From: Azolla caroliniana
Taxonomy: Eukaryota; Plantae; Polypodiophyta
Assembly (NCBI GenBank): GCA_043228905.1
Contig: JBHGNT010000020.1
Location: forward strand, 15,860,122 to 15,924,121
Length of the DNA stretch: 64,000 nt
Direction: 5' to 3'
Shown: in pieces, positions 48,087 to 63,000 of the stretch
Position numbering within the stretch: the first letter of the stretch is position 1
Layout: the number at the start of each line of letters is the position of its first letter
Notes under the pieces: generated by a model
What the model saw: only the letters and a program-made list of their open reading frames with translations
The model's database searches: none
What the model was told of the DNA's origin: nothing
Made by a program: the position numbers and the translations under genes

Positions 48087-51000
48087 CTTGTCAACGCCCT
48101 CCTCAAATTTGCTAATTTCTTCATGTCTCTCGACCTGAGTTTCCAAATCTTGATTTTTAAATTCAATAAGATAGCTAGCTTTGTTAGCTTCGATTTGCAT
48201 GTTTGATCACAAAAATCCATTATCACACGAGCCAGGTATGAACATTTTAATTTCGTCACGGGCTCTTCTCAAGTCCCTCCTAAAATTTGCTAATTTCTTC
48301 ATGTCTCTCGACCTGAGTTTCAAAATCTTGATTTTTTAATTCCATACGATAGCTAGCGTTGTTAGCTTCGATTCGCATCTTTGAACACAAAAATCCGATA
48401 TCACACGAGCCAGGTATGACCATTTTAATTTACTCACGGGCTCTTCTCAAGTCCCTCCTCAAATTGGCTAATTCCTTCATGTCTCTCGACCTGAGTTTCA
48501 AAATCTTGATTTTTTAATTCCATAGGATAGCTAGGGTTGTGAGCTTCGATTTGCATGTTTGATCACAAAAATCCATTATCACACGAGCCAGGTATGACCA
48601 TTTTAATTTACTCACGGGCTCTTGTCAACTCCCTCTTCAAATTTGCTAATTTCTTCATGTCTCTTGACTTGAGTTTCAAAGTCTTGATTTCTTAATTCCA
48701 TGTCATAGCTACGGTTGTGAGCTTCGATTCGCATGTTTCAACACAAAAATCCGATATCACACGAGCCAGGTATGACCACTTTAATTTACTCACAGGCTCT
48801 TCTCAAGTCCCTCCTCAAATTGGCTAATTCCTTCATGTCTCTCGACCTGAGTTTCAAAATCTTGATTTTTTAATTCCATAAGATAGCTAGGGTTGAGAGC
48901 TTAGATTTGCATGTTTGATCACAAAAATCCATTATCACACGAGCCAGGTATGAATATTTTAATTTACTCACGGGCTCTTTTCAACTCCCTCCTCAAATTT
49001 GCTAATTTCTTCATGTCTATTGACCTGAGTTTCAAAATCTTGATTTTTTAATTCCATGTCATAGCTAGGGTTGTGAGCTTCGATTCGCATGTTTGAACAG
49101 AAAAATCCGATATCACACGAGCCAGGTATGACCATTTTAATTTACTCACGGGCTCTTCTCAAGTCCCTCCTCAAATTGGCTAATTCCTTCATGTCTCTCG
49201 ACCTGAGTTTCAAAATCTTGATTTTTAAATTCAATAAGATAGCTAGCTTTGTTAGCTTCGATTTGCATGTTTCATCACAAAAATCCATTATCACACGAGC
49301 CAGGTATGAACATTTTAATTTCGTCACGGGCTCTTCTCAAGTCCCTCCTCAAATTTGCTAATTTCTTCATGTCTCTCGACCTGAGTTTCAAAATCTTGAT
49401 TTTTTAATTCCATACGATAGCTAGCGTTGTTAGCTTCGATTCGCATCTTTGAACACAAAAATCCGATATCACACGAGCCAGGTATGACCATTTTAATTTA
49501 CTCACGGGCTCTTCTCAAGTCCCTCCTCAAATTGGCTAATTCCTTCATGTCTCTCGACCTGAGTTTCAAAATCTTGATTTTTTAATTCCATAGGATAGTT
49601 AGGGTTGTGAGCTTCGATTTGCATGTTTGATCACAAAAATCCATTATCACACGAGCCAGGTATGACCATTTTAATTTACTCACGGGCTCTTGTCAACTCC
49701 TTCCTCAAATTTGCTAATTTCTTCATGTCTCTTGACTTGAGTTTCAAAGTCTTGATTTCTTAATTCCATGTCATAGCTACGGTTGTGAGCTTCGATTCGC
49801 ATGTTTGAACACAAAAATCCGATATCACACGAGCCAGGTATGACCACTTTAATTTACTCACAGGCTCTTCTCAAGTCCCTCCTCAAATTGGCTAATTCCT
49901 TCATGTCTCTCGACCTGAGTTTCAAAATCTTGATTTTTTAATTCCATAAGATAGCTAGGGTTGTGAGCTTCGATTTGCATGTTTGATCACAAAAATCCAT
50001 TATCACACGAGCCAGGTATGAACATTTTAATTTACTCACGGGCTCTTTTCAACTCCCTCCTCAAATTTGCTAATTTCTTCATGTCTCTTGACCTGAGTTT
50101 CAAAATCTTGATTTTTTAATTCCATGTCATAGCTAGGGTTGTGAGCTTCGATTCGCATGTTTGAACACAAAAATCCGATATCACACGAGCCAGGTATGAC
50201 CATTTTAATTTACTCACGGGCTCTTGTCAACGCCCTCCTCAAATTTGCTAATTTCTTCATGTCTCTCGACCTGAGTTTCCAAATCTTGATTTTTAAATTC
50301 AATAAGATAGCTAGCTTTGTTAGCTTCGATTTGCATGTTTGATCACAAAAATCCATTATCACACGAGCCAGGTATGAACATTTTAATTTCGTCACGGGCT
50401 CTTCTCAAGTCCCTCCTCAAATTTGCTAATTTCTTCATGTCTCTCGACCTGAGTTTCAAAATCTTGATTTTTTAATTCCATACGATAGCTAGCGTTGTTA
50501 GCTTCGATTCGCATCTTTGAACACAAAAATCCGATATCACACGAGCCAGGTATGACCATTTTAATTTACTCACGGGCTCTTCTCAAGTCCCTCCTCAAAT
50601 TGGCTAATTCCTTCATGTCTCTCGACCTGAGTTTCAAAATCTTGATTTTCTAATTTCATAGGATAGCTAGGGTTGTGAGCTTCGATTTGCATGTTTGATC
50701 ACAAAAATCCATTATCACACGAGCCAGGTATGACCATTTTAATTTACTCACGGGCTCTTGTCAACTCCCTCTTCAAATTTGCTAATTTCTTCATGTCTCT
50801 TGACTTGAGTTTCAAAGTCTTGATTTCTTAATTCCATGTCATAGCTACGGTTGTGAGCTTCGATTCGCATGTTTGAACACAAAAATCCGATATCACACGA
50901 GCCAGGTATGACCACTTTAATTTACTCACAGGCTCTTCTCAAGTCCCTCCTCAAATTGGCTAATTCCTTCATGTCTCTCGACCTGAGTTTCAAAATCTTG

Positions 51001-54000
51001 ATTTTTTAATTCCATAAGATAGCTAGGGTTGTGAGCTTCGATTTGCATGTTTGATCACAAAAATCCATTATCACACGAGCCAGGTATGAACATTTTAATT
51101 TACTCACGGGCTCTTTTCAACTCCCTCCTCAAATTTGCTAATTTCTTCATGTCTCTTGACCTGAGTTTCAAAATCTTGATTTTTTAATTCCATGTCATAG
51201 CTAGGGTTGTGAGCTTCGATTCGTAACTTTGAACACAAAAATCCGATATCACACGAGCCAGGTATGACCATTTTAATTTACTCACGGGCTCTTGTCAACG
51301 CCCTCCTCAAATTTGCTAATTTCTTCATGTCTCTCGACCTGAGTTTCCAAATCTTGATTTTTAAATTCAATAAGATAGCTAGCTTTGTTAGCTTCGATTT
51401 GCATGTTTGATCACAAAAATCCATTATCACACGAGCCAGGTATGAACATTTTAATTTCGTCACGGGCTCTTCTCAAGTCCCTCCTAAAATTTGCTAATTT
51501 CTTCATGTCTCTCGACCTGAGTATCAAAATCTTGATTTTTTAATTCCATACGATAGCTAGCGTTGTTAGCTTCGATTCGCATCTTTGAACACAAAAATCC
51601 GATATCACACGAGCCAGGTATGACCATTTTAATTTACTCACGGGCTCTTCTCAAGTCCCTCCTCAAATTGGCTAATTCCTTCATGTCTCTCGACCTGAGT
51701 TTCAAAATCTTGATTTTTTAATTCCATAGGATAGCTAGGGTTGTGAGCTTCGATTTGCATGTTTGATCACAAAAATCCATTATCACACGAGCCAGGTATG
51801 ACCATTTTAATTTACTCACGGGCTCTTGTCAACTCCCTCCTCAAATTTGCTAATTTCTTCATGTCTCTTGACTTGAGTTTCAAAGTCTTGATTTCTTAAT
51901 TCCATGTCATAGCTACGGTTGTGAGCTTCGATTCGCATGTTTGAACACAAAAATCCGATATCACACGAGCCAGGTATGACCACTTTAATTTACTCACAGG
52001 CTCTTCTCAAGTCCCTCCTCAAATTGGCTAATTCCTTCATGTCTCTCGACCTGAGTTTCAAAATCTTGATTTTTTAATTCCATAAGATAGCTAGGGTTGT
52101 GAGCTTCGATTTGCATGTTTGATCACAAAAATCCATTATCACACGAGCCAGGTATGAACATTTTAATTTACTCAGGGGCTCTTTTCAACTCCCTCCTCAA
52201 ATTTGCTAATTTCGATTTGCATGTTTGATCACAAAAATCCATTATCACACGAGCCAGGTATGACCATTTTAATTTACTCACGGGCTCTTGTCAACTCCTT
52301 CCTCAAATTTGCTAATTTCTTCATGTCTCTTGACTTGAGTTTCAAAGTCTTGATTTCTTAATTCCATGTCATAGCTACGGTTGTGAGCTTCGATTCGCAT
52401 GTTTGAACACAAAAATCCGATATCACACGAGCCAGGTATGACCACTTTAATTTACTCACAGGCTCTTCTCAAGTCCCTCCTCAAATTGGCTAATTCCTTC
52501 ATGTCTCTCGACCTGAGTTTCAAAATCTTGATTTTTTAATTCCATAAGATAGCTAGGGTTGTGAGCTTCGATTTGCATGTTTGATCACAAAAATCCATTA
52601 TCACACGAGCCAGGTATGAACATTTTAATTTACTCACGGGCTCTTTTCAACTCCCTCCTCAAATTTGCTAATTTCTTCATGTCTCTTGACCTGAGTTTCA
52701 AAATCTTGATTTTTTAATTCCATGTCATAGCTAGGGTTGTGAGCTTCGATTCGCATGTTTGAACACAAAAATCCGATATCACACGAGCCAGGTATGACCA
52801 TTTTAATTTACTCACGGGCTCTTGTCAACGCCCTCCTCAAATTTGCTAATTTCTTCATGTCTCTCGACCTGAGTTTCCAAATCTTGATTTTTAAATTCAA
52901 TAAGATAGCTAGCTTTGTTAGCTTCGATTTGCATGTTTGATCACAAAAATCCATTATCACACGAGCCAGGTATGAACATTTTAATTTCGTCACGGGCTCT
53001 TCTCAAGTCCCTCCTCAAATTTGCTAATTTCTTCATGTCTCTCGACCTGAGTTTCAAAATCTTGATTTTTTAATTCCATACGATAGCTAGCGTTGTTAGC
53101 TTCGATTCGCATCTTTGAACACAAAAATCCGATATCACACGAGCCAGGTATGACCATTTTAATTTACTCACGGGCTCTTCTCAAGTCCCTCCTCAAATTG
53201 GCTAATTCCTTCATGTCTCTCGACCTGAGTTTCAAAATCTTGATTTTCTAATTTCATAGGATAGCTAGGGTTGTGAGCTTCGATTTGCATGTTTGATCAC
53301 AAAAATCCATTATCACACGAGCCAGGTATGACCATTTTAATTTACTCACGGGCTCTTGTCAACTCCCTCTTCAAATTTGCTAATTTCTTCATGTCTCTTG
53401 ACTTGAGTTTAAAAGTCTTGATTTCTTAATTCCATGTCATAGCTACGGTTGTGAGCTTCGATTCGCATGTTTGAACACAAAAATCCGATATCACACGAGC
53501 CAGGTATGACCACTTTAATTTACTCACAGGCTCTTCTCAAGTCCCTCCTCAAATTGGCTAATTCCTTCATGTCTCTCGACCTGAGTTTCAAAATCTTGAT
53601 TTTTTAATTCCATAAGATAGCTAGGGTTGTGAGCTTCGATTTGCATGTTTGATCACAAAAATCCATTATCACACGAGCCAGGTATGAACATTTTAATTTA
53701 CTCACGGGCTCTTTTCAACTCCCTCCTCAAATTTGCTAATTTCTTCATGTCTCTTGACCTGAGTTTCAAAATCTTGATTTTTTAATTCCATGTCATAGCT
53801 AGGGTTGTGAGCTTCGATTCGTAACTTTGAACACAAAAATCCGATATCACACGAGCCAGGTATGACCATTTTAATTTACTCACGGGCTCTTGTCAACGCC
53901 CTCCTCAAATTTGCTAATTTCTTCATGTCTCTCGACCTGAGTTTCCAAATCTTGATTTTTAAATTCAATAAGATAGCTAGCTTTGTTAGCTTCGATTTGC

Positions 54001-57000
54001 ATGTTTGATCACAAAAATCCATTATCACACGAGCCAGGTATGAACATTTTAATTTCGTCACGGGCTCTTCTCAAGTCCCTCCTAAAATTTGCTAATTTCT
54101 TCATGTCTCTCGACCTGAGTATCAAAATCTTGATTTTTTAATTCCATACGATAGCTAGCGTTGTTAGCTTCGATTCGCATCTTTGAACACAAAAATCCGA
54201 TATCACACGAGCCAGGTATGACCATTTTAATTTACTCACGGGCTCTTCTCAAGTCCCTCCTCAAATTGGCTAATTCCTTCATGTCTCTCGACCTGAGTTT
54301 CAAAATCTTGATTTTTTAATTCCATAGGATAGCTAGGGTTGTGAGCTTCGATTTGCATGTTTGATCACAAAAATCCATTATCACACGAGCCAGGTATGAC
54401 CATTTTAATTTACTCACGGGCTCTTGTCAACTCCCTCCTCAAATTTGCTAATTTCTTCATGTCTCTTGACTTGAGTTTCAAAGTCTTGATTTCTTAATTC
54501 CATGTCATAGCTACGGTTGTGAGCTTCGATTCGCATGTTTGAACACAAAAATCCGATATCACACGAGCCAGGTATGACCACTTTAATTTACTCACAGGCT
54601 CTTCTCAAGTCCCTCCTCAAATTGGCTAATTCCTTCATGTCTCTCGACCTGAGTTTCAAAATCTTGATTTTTTAATTCCATAAGATAGCTAGGGTTGTGA
54701 GCTTCGATTTGCATGTTTGATCACAAAAATCCATTATCACACGAGCCAGGTATGAACATTTTAATTTACTCACGGGCTCTTTTCAACTCCCTCCTCAAAT
54801 TTGCTAATTTCTTCATGTCTCTTGACCTGAGTTTCAAAATCTTGATTTTTTAATTCCATGTCATAGCTAGGGTTGTGAGCTTCGATTCGTAACTTTGAAC
54901 ACAAAAATCCGATATCACACGAGCCAGGTATGACCATTTTAATTTACTCACGGGCTCTTGTCAACGCCCTCCTCAAATTTGCTAATTTCTTCATGTCTCT
55001 CGACCTGAGTTTCCAAATCTTGATTTTTAAATTCAATAAGATAGCTAGCTTTGTTAGCTTCGATTTGCATCTTTGAACACAAAAATCCGATATCACACGA
55101 GCCAGGTATGACCATTTTAATTTACTCACGGGCTCTTCTCAAGTCCCTCCTCAAATTGGCTAATTCCTTCATGTCTCTCGACCTGAATTTCAAAATCTTG
55201 ATTTTTTAATTCCATAAGATAGCTAGGGTTGTGAGCTTCGATTTGCATGTTTGATCACAAAAATCCATTATCACACGAGCCAGGTATGACCATTTTAATT
55301 TACTCACGGGCTCTTCTCAAGTCCCTCCTCAAATTTGCTAATTTCTTCATGTCTCTCGACCTGAGTTTCCAAATCTTGATTTTTAAATTCAATAAGATAG
55401 CTAGCTTTGTTAGCTTCGATTCGCATCTTTGAACACAAAAATCCGATATCACACGAGCTAGGTATGACCATTTTAATTTACTCACGGGCTCTTGTCAAGT
55501 CCCTCCTCAAATTTGCTAATTCCTTCATGTCTCTCGACCTGAGGTTCAAAATCTTGATTTTTTAATTCCATGTCATAGCTAGCGTTGTTATCTTCGATTC
55601 GCATGTTTGAACACAAAAATCCGATATCACACGAGCCAGGTATGACCATTTTAATTTACTCACGGGTTCTTGTCAACTCCCTCCTCAAATTTGCTAATTT
55701 CTTCATGTCTCTCGACCCGAGTTTCAAAATCTTGACTTTTTAATTCCATAAGATAGCTAGCGTTGTTAGCTTCGATTCGCATCTTTGAACACATCTTCGA
55801 GCCAGGTATGAACATTTTAATTTCGTCACGGGCTCTTCTCAACTCCCTCCTCAAATTTGCTAATTTCTTCATGTCTCTCGACCTGAGTTTCAAAATCTTG
55901 ATTTTTTAATTCCATAAGATAGCTAGGGTTGAGAGCTTAGATTTGCATTTTTGATCACAAAAATCCATTATCACACGAGCCAGGTATGAATATTTTAATT
56001 TACTCACGGGCTCTTTTCAACTCCCTCCTCAAATTTGCTAATTTCTTCATGTCTCTTGACCTGAGTTTCAAAATCTTGATTTTTTAATTCCATGTCATAG
56101 CTAGGGTTGTGAGCTTCGATTCGCATGTTTGAACACAAAAATCCGATATCACACGAGCCAGGTATGACCATTTTAATTTACTCACGGGCTCTTGTCAACG
56201 CCCTCCTCAAATTTGCTAATTTCTTCATGTCTCTCGACCTGAGTTTCCAAATCTTGATTTTTAAATTCAATAAGATAGCTAGCTTTGTTAGCTTCGATTT
56301 GCATGTTTGATCACAAAAATCCATTATCACACGAGCCAGGTATGAACATTTTAATTTCGTCACGGGCTCTTCTCAAGTCCCTCCTCAAATTTGCTAATTT
56401 CTTCATGTCTCTCGACCTGAGTTTCAAAATCTTGATTTTTTAATTCCATACGATAGCTAGCGTTGTTAGCTTCGATTCGCATCTTTGAACACAAAAATCC
56501 GATATCACACGAGCCAGGTATGACCATTTTAATTTACTCACGGGCTCTTCTCAAGTCCCTCCTCAAATTGGCTAATTCCTTCATGTCTCTCGACCTGAGT
56601 TTCAAAATCTTGATTTTCTAATTTCATAGGATAGCTAGGGTTGTGAGCTTCGATTTGCATGTTTGATCACAAAAATCCATTATCACACGAGCCAGGTATG
56701 ACCATTTTAATTTACTCACGGGCTCTTGTCAACTCCCTCTTCAAATTTGCTAATTTCTTCATGTCTCTTGACTTGAGTTTAAAAGTCTTGATTTCTTAAT
56801 TCCATGTCATAGCTACGGTTGTGAGCTTCGATTCGCATGTTTGAACACAAAAATCCGATATCACACGAGCCAGGTATGACCACTTTAATTTACTCACAGG
56901 CTCTTCTCAAGTCCCTCCTCAAATTGGCTAATTCCTTCATGTCTCTCGACCTGAGTTTCAAAATCTTGATTTTTTAATTCCATAAGATAGCTAGGGTTGT

Positions 57001-60000
57001 GAGCTTCGATTTGCATGTTTGATCACAAAAATCCATTATCACACGAGCCAGGTATGAACATTTTAATTTACTCACGGGCTCTTTTCAACTCCCTCCTCAA
57101 ATTTGCTAATTTCTTCATGTCTCTTGACCTGAGTTTCAAAATCTTGATTTTTTAATTCCATGTCATAGCTAGGGTTGTGAGCTTCGATTCGTAACTTTGA
57201 ACACAAAAATCCGATATCACACGAGCCAGGTATGACCATTTTAATTTACTCACGGGCTCTTGTCAACGCCCTCCTCAAATTTGCTAATTTCTTCATGTCT
57301 CTCGACCTGAGTTTCCAAATCTTGATTTTTAAATTCAATAAGATAGCTAGCTTTGTTAGCTTCGATTTGCATGTTTGATCACAAAAATCCATTATCACAC
57401 GAGCCAGGTATGAACATTTTAATTTCGTCACGGGCTCTTCTCAAGTCCCTCCTAAAATTTGCTAATTTCTTCATGTCTCTCGACCTGAGTATCAAAATCT
57501 TGATTTTTTAATTCCATACGATAGCTAGCGTTGTTAGCTTCGATTCGCATCTTTGAACACAAAAATCCGATATCACACGAGCCAGGTATGACCATTTTAA
57601 TTTACTCACGGGCTCTTCTCAAGTCCCTCCTCAAATTGGCTAATTCCTTCATGTCTCTCGACCTGAGTTTCAAAATCTTGATTTTTTAATTCCATAGGAT
57701 AGCTAGGGTTGTGAGCTTCGATTTGCATGTTTGATCACAAAAATCCATTATCACACGAGCCAGGTATGACCATTTTAATTTACTCACGGGCTCTTGTCAA
57801 CTCCCTCCTCAAATTTGCTAATTTCTTCATGTCTCTTGACTTGAGTTTCAAAGTCTTGATTTCTTAATTCCATGTCATAGCTACGGTTGTGAGCTTCGAT
57901 TCGCATGTTTGAACACAAAAATCCGATATCACACGAGCCAGGTATGACCACTTTAATTTACTCACAGGCTCTTCTCAAGTCCCTCCTCAAATTGGCTAAT
58001 TCCTTCATGTCTCTCGACCTGAGTTTCAAAATCTTGATTTTTTAATTCCATAAGATAGCTAGGGTTGTGAGCTTCGATTTGCATGTTTGATCACAAAAAT
58101 CCATTATCACACGAGCCAGGTATGAACATTTTAATTTACTCAGGGGCTCTTTTCAACTCCCTCCTCAAATTTGCTAATTTCTTCATGTCTCTTGACCTGA
58201 GTTTCAAAATCTTGATTTTTTAATTCCATGTCATAGCTAGGGTTGTGAGCTTCGATTCGTAACTTTGAACACAAAAATCCGATATCACACGAGCCAGGTA
58301 TGACCATTTTAATTTACTCACGGGCTCTTGTCAACGCCCTCCTCAAATTTGCTAATTTCTTCATGTCTCTCGACCTGAGTTTCCAAATCTTGATTTTTAA
58401 ATTCAATAAGATAGCTAGCTTTGTTAGCTTCGATTTGCATCTTTGAACACAAAAATCCGATATCACACGAGCCAGGTATGACCATTTTAATTTACTCACG
58501 GGCTCTTCTCAAGTCCCTCCTCAAATTGGCTAATTCCTTCATGTCTCTCGACCTGAATTTCAAAATCTTGATTTTTTAATTCCATAAGATAGCTAGGGTT
58601 GTGAGCTTCGATTTGCATGTTTGATCACAAAAATCCATTATCACACGAGCCAGGTATGACCATTTTAATTTACTCACGGGCTCTTCTCAAGTCCCTCCTC
58701 AAATTTGCTAATTTCTTCATGTCTCTCGACCTGAGTTTCCAAATCTTGATTTTTAAATTCAATAAGATAGCTAGCTTTGTTAGCTTCGATTCGCATCTTT
58801 GAACACAAAAATCCGATATCACACGAGCTAGGTATGACCATTTTAATTTACTCACGGGCTCTTGTCAAGTCCCTCCTCAAATTTGCTAATTCCTTCATGT
58901 CTCTCGACCTGAGGTTCAAAATCTTGATTTTTTAATTCCATGTCATAGCTAGCGTTGTTATCTTCGATTCGCATGTTTGAACACAAAAATCCGATATCAC
59001 ACGAGCCAGGTATGACCATTTTAATTTACTCACGGGTTCTTGTCAACTCCCTCCTCAAATTTGCTAATTTCTTCATGTCTCTCGACCCGAGTTTCAAAAT
59101 CTTGACTTTTTAATTCCATAAGATAGCTAGCGTTGTTAGCTTCGATTCGCATCTTTGAACACATCTTCGAGCCAGGTATGAACATTTTAATTTCGTCACG
59201 GGCTCTTCTCAACTCCCTCCTCAAATTTGCTAATTTCTTCATGTCTCTCGACCTGAGTTTCAAAATCTTGATTTTTTAATTCCATAAGATAGCTAGGGTT
59301 GAGAGCTTAGATTTGCATTTTTGATCACAAAAATCCATTATCACACGAGCCAGGTATGAATATTTTAATTTACTCACGGGCTCTTTTCAACTCCCTCCTC
59401 AAATTTGCTAATTTCTTCATGTCTCTTGACCTGAGTTTCAAAATCTTGATTTTTTAATTCCATGTCATAGCTAGGGTTGTGAGCTTCGATTCGCATGTTT
59501 GAACACAAAAATCCGATATCACACGAGCCAGGTATGACCATTTTAATTTACTCACGGGCTCTTGTCAACGCCCTCCTCAAATTTGCTAATTTCTTCATGT
59601 CTCTCGACCTGAGTTTCCAAATCTTGATTTTTAAATTCAATAAGATAGCTAGCTTTGTTAGCTTCGATTTGCATGTTTGATCACAAAAATCCATTATCAC
59701 ACGAGCCAGGTATGAACATTTTAATTTCGTCACGGGCTCTTCTCAAGTCCCTCCTCAAATTTGCTAATTTCTTCATGTCTCTCGACCTGAGTTTCAAAAT
59801 CTTGATTTTTTAATTCCATACGATAGCTAGCGTTGTTAGCTTCGATTCGCATCTTTGAACACAAAAATCCGATATCACACGAGCCAGGTATGACCATTTT
59901 AATTTACTCACGGGCTCTTCTCAAGTCCCTCCTCAAATTGGCTAATTCCTTCATGTCTCTCGACCTGAGTTTCAAAATCTTGATTTTCTAATTTCATAGG

Positions 60001-63000
60001 ATAGCTAGGGTTGTGAGCTTCGATTTGCATGTTTGATCACAAAAATCCATTATCACACGAGCCAGGTATGACCATTTTAATTTACTCACGGGCTCTTGTC
60101 AACTCCCTCTTCAAATTTGCTAATTTCTTCATGTCTCTTGACTTGAGTTTAAAAGTCTTGATTTCTTAATTCCATGTCATAGCTACGGTTGTGAGCTTCG
60201 ATTCGCATGTTTGAACACAAAAATCCGATATCACACGAGCCAGGTATGACCACTTTAATTTACTCACAGGCTCTTCTCAAGTCCCTCCTCAAATTGGCTA
60301 ATTCCTTCATGTCTCTCGACCTGAGTTTCAAAATCTTGATTTTTTAATTCCATAAGATAGCTAGGGTTGTGAGCTTCGATTTGCATGTTTGATCACAAAA
60401 ATCCATTATCACACGAGCCAGGTATGAACATTTTAATTTACTCACGGGCTCTTTTCAACTCCCTCCTCAAATTTGCTAATTTCTTCATGTCTCTTGACCT
60501 GAGTTTCAAAATCTTGATTTTTTAATTCCATGTCATAGCTAGGGTTGTGAGCTTCGATTCGTAACTTTGAACACAAAAATCCGATATCACACGAGCCAGG
60601 TATGACCATTTTAATTTACTCACGGGCTCTTGTCAACGCCCTCCTCAAATTTGCTAATTTCTTCATGTCTCTCGACCTGAGTTTCCAAATCTTGATTTTT
60701 AAATTCAATAAGATAGCTAGCTTTGTTAGCTTCGATTTGCATGTTTGATCACAAAAATCCATTATCACACGAGCCAGGTATGAACATTTTAATTTCGTCA
60801 CGGGCTCTTCTCAAGTCCCTCCTAAAATTTGCTAATTTCTTCATGTCTCTCGACCTGAGTATCAAAATCTTGATTTTTTAATTCCATACGATAGCTAGCG
60901 TTGTTAGCTTCGATTCGCATCTTTGAACACAAAAATCCGATATCACACGAGCCAGGTATGACCATTTTAATTTACTCACGGGCTCTTCTCAAGTCCCTCC
61001 TCAAATTGGCTAATTCCTTCATGTCTCTCGACCTGAGTTTCAAAATCTTGATTTTTTAATTCCATAGGATAGCTAGGGTTGTGAGCTTCGATTTGCATGT
61101 TTGATCACAAAAATCCATTATCACACGAGCCAGGTATGACCATTTTAATTTACTCACGGGCTCTTGTCAACTCCCTCCTCAAATTTGCTAATTTCTTCAT
61201 GTCTCTTGACTTGAGTTTCAAAGTCTTGATTTCTTAATTCCATGTCATAGCTACGGTTGTGAGCTTCGATTCGCATGTTTGAACACAAAAATCCGATATC
61301 ACACGAGCCAGGTATGACCACTTTAATTTACTCACAGGCTCTTCTCAAGTCCCTCCTCAAATTGGCTAATTCCTTCATGTCTCTCGACCTGAGTTTCAAA
61401 ATCTTGATTTTTTAATTCCATAAGATAGCTAGGGTTGTGAGCTTCGATTTGCATGTTTGATCACAAAAATCCATTATCACACGAGCCAGGTATGAACATT
61501 TTAATTTACTCAGGGGCTCTTTTCAACTCCCTCCTCAAATTTGCTAATTTCTTCATGTCTCTTGACCTGAGTTTCAAAATCTTGATTTTTTAATTCCATG
61601 TCATAGCTAGGGTTGTGAGCTTCGATTCGTAACTTTGAACACAAAAATCCGATATCACACGAGCCAGGTATGACCATTTTAATTTACTCACGGGCTCTTG
61701 TCAACGCCCTCCTCAAATTTGCTAATTTCTTCATGTCTCTCGACCTGAGTTTCCAAATCTTGATTTTTAAATTCAATAAGATAGCTAGCTTTGTTAGCTT
61801 CGATTTGCATCTTTGAACACAAAAATCCGATATCACACGAGCCAGGTATGACCATTTTAATTTACTCACGGGCTCTTCTCAAGTCCCTCCTCAAATTGGC
61901 TAATTCCTTCATGTCTCTCGACCTGAATTTCAAAATCTTGATTTTTTAATTCCATAAGATAGCTAGGGTTGTGAGCTTCGATTTGCATGTTTGATCACAA
62001 AAATCCATTATCACACGAGCCAGGTATGACCATTTTAATTTACTCACGGGCTCTTCTCAAGTCCCTCCTCAAATTTGCTAATTTCTTCATGTCTCTCGAC
62101 CTGAGTTTCCAAATCTTGATTTTTAAATTCAATAAGATAGCTAGCTTTGTTAGCTTCGATTCGCATCTTTGAACACAAAAATCCGATATCACACGAGCTA
62201 GGTATGACCATTTTAATTTACTCACGGGCTCTTGTCAAGTCCCTCCTCAAATTTGCTAATTCCTTCATGTCTCTCGACCTGAGGTTCAAAATCTTGATTT
62301 TTTAATTCCATGTCATAGCTAGCGTTGTTATCTTCGATTCGCATGTTTGAACACAAAAATCCGATATCACACGAGCCAGGTATGACCATTTTAATTTACT
62401 CACGGGTTCTTGTCAACTCCCTCCTCAAATTTGCTAATTTCTTCATGTCTCTCGACCCGAGTTTCAAAATCTTGACTTTTTAATTCCATAAGATAGCTAG
62501 CGTTGTTAGCTTCGATTCGCATCTTTGAACACATCTTCGAGCCAGGTATGAACATTTTAATTTCGTCACGGGCTCTTCTCAACTCCCTCCTCAAATTTGC
62601 TAATTTCTTCATGTCTCTCGACCTGAGTTTCAAAATCTTGATTTTTTAATTCCATAAGATAGCTAGGGTTGAGAGCTTAGATTTGCATTTTTGATCACAA
62701 AAATCCATTATCACACGAGCCAGGTATGAATATTTTAATTTACTCACGGGCTCTTTTCAACTCCCTCCTCAAATTTGCTAATTTCTTCATGTCTCTTGAC
62801 CTGAGTTTCAAAATCTTGATTTTTTAATTCCATGTCATAGCTAGGGTTGTGAGCTTCGATTCGCATGTTTGAACACAAAAATCCGATATCACACGAGCCA
62901 GGTATGACCATTTTAATTTACTCACGGGCTCTTGTCAACGCCCTCCTCAAATTTGCTAATTTCTTCATGTCTCTCGACCTGAGTTTCCAAATCTTGATTT

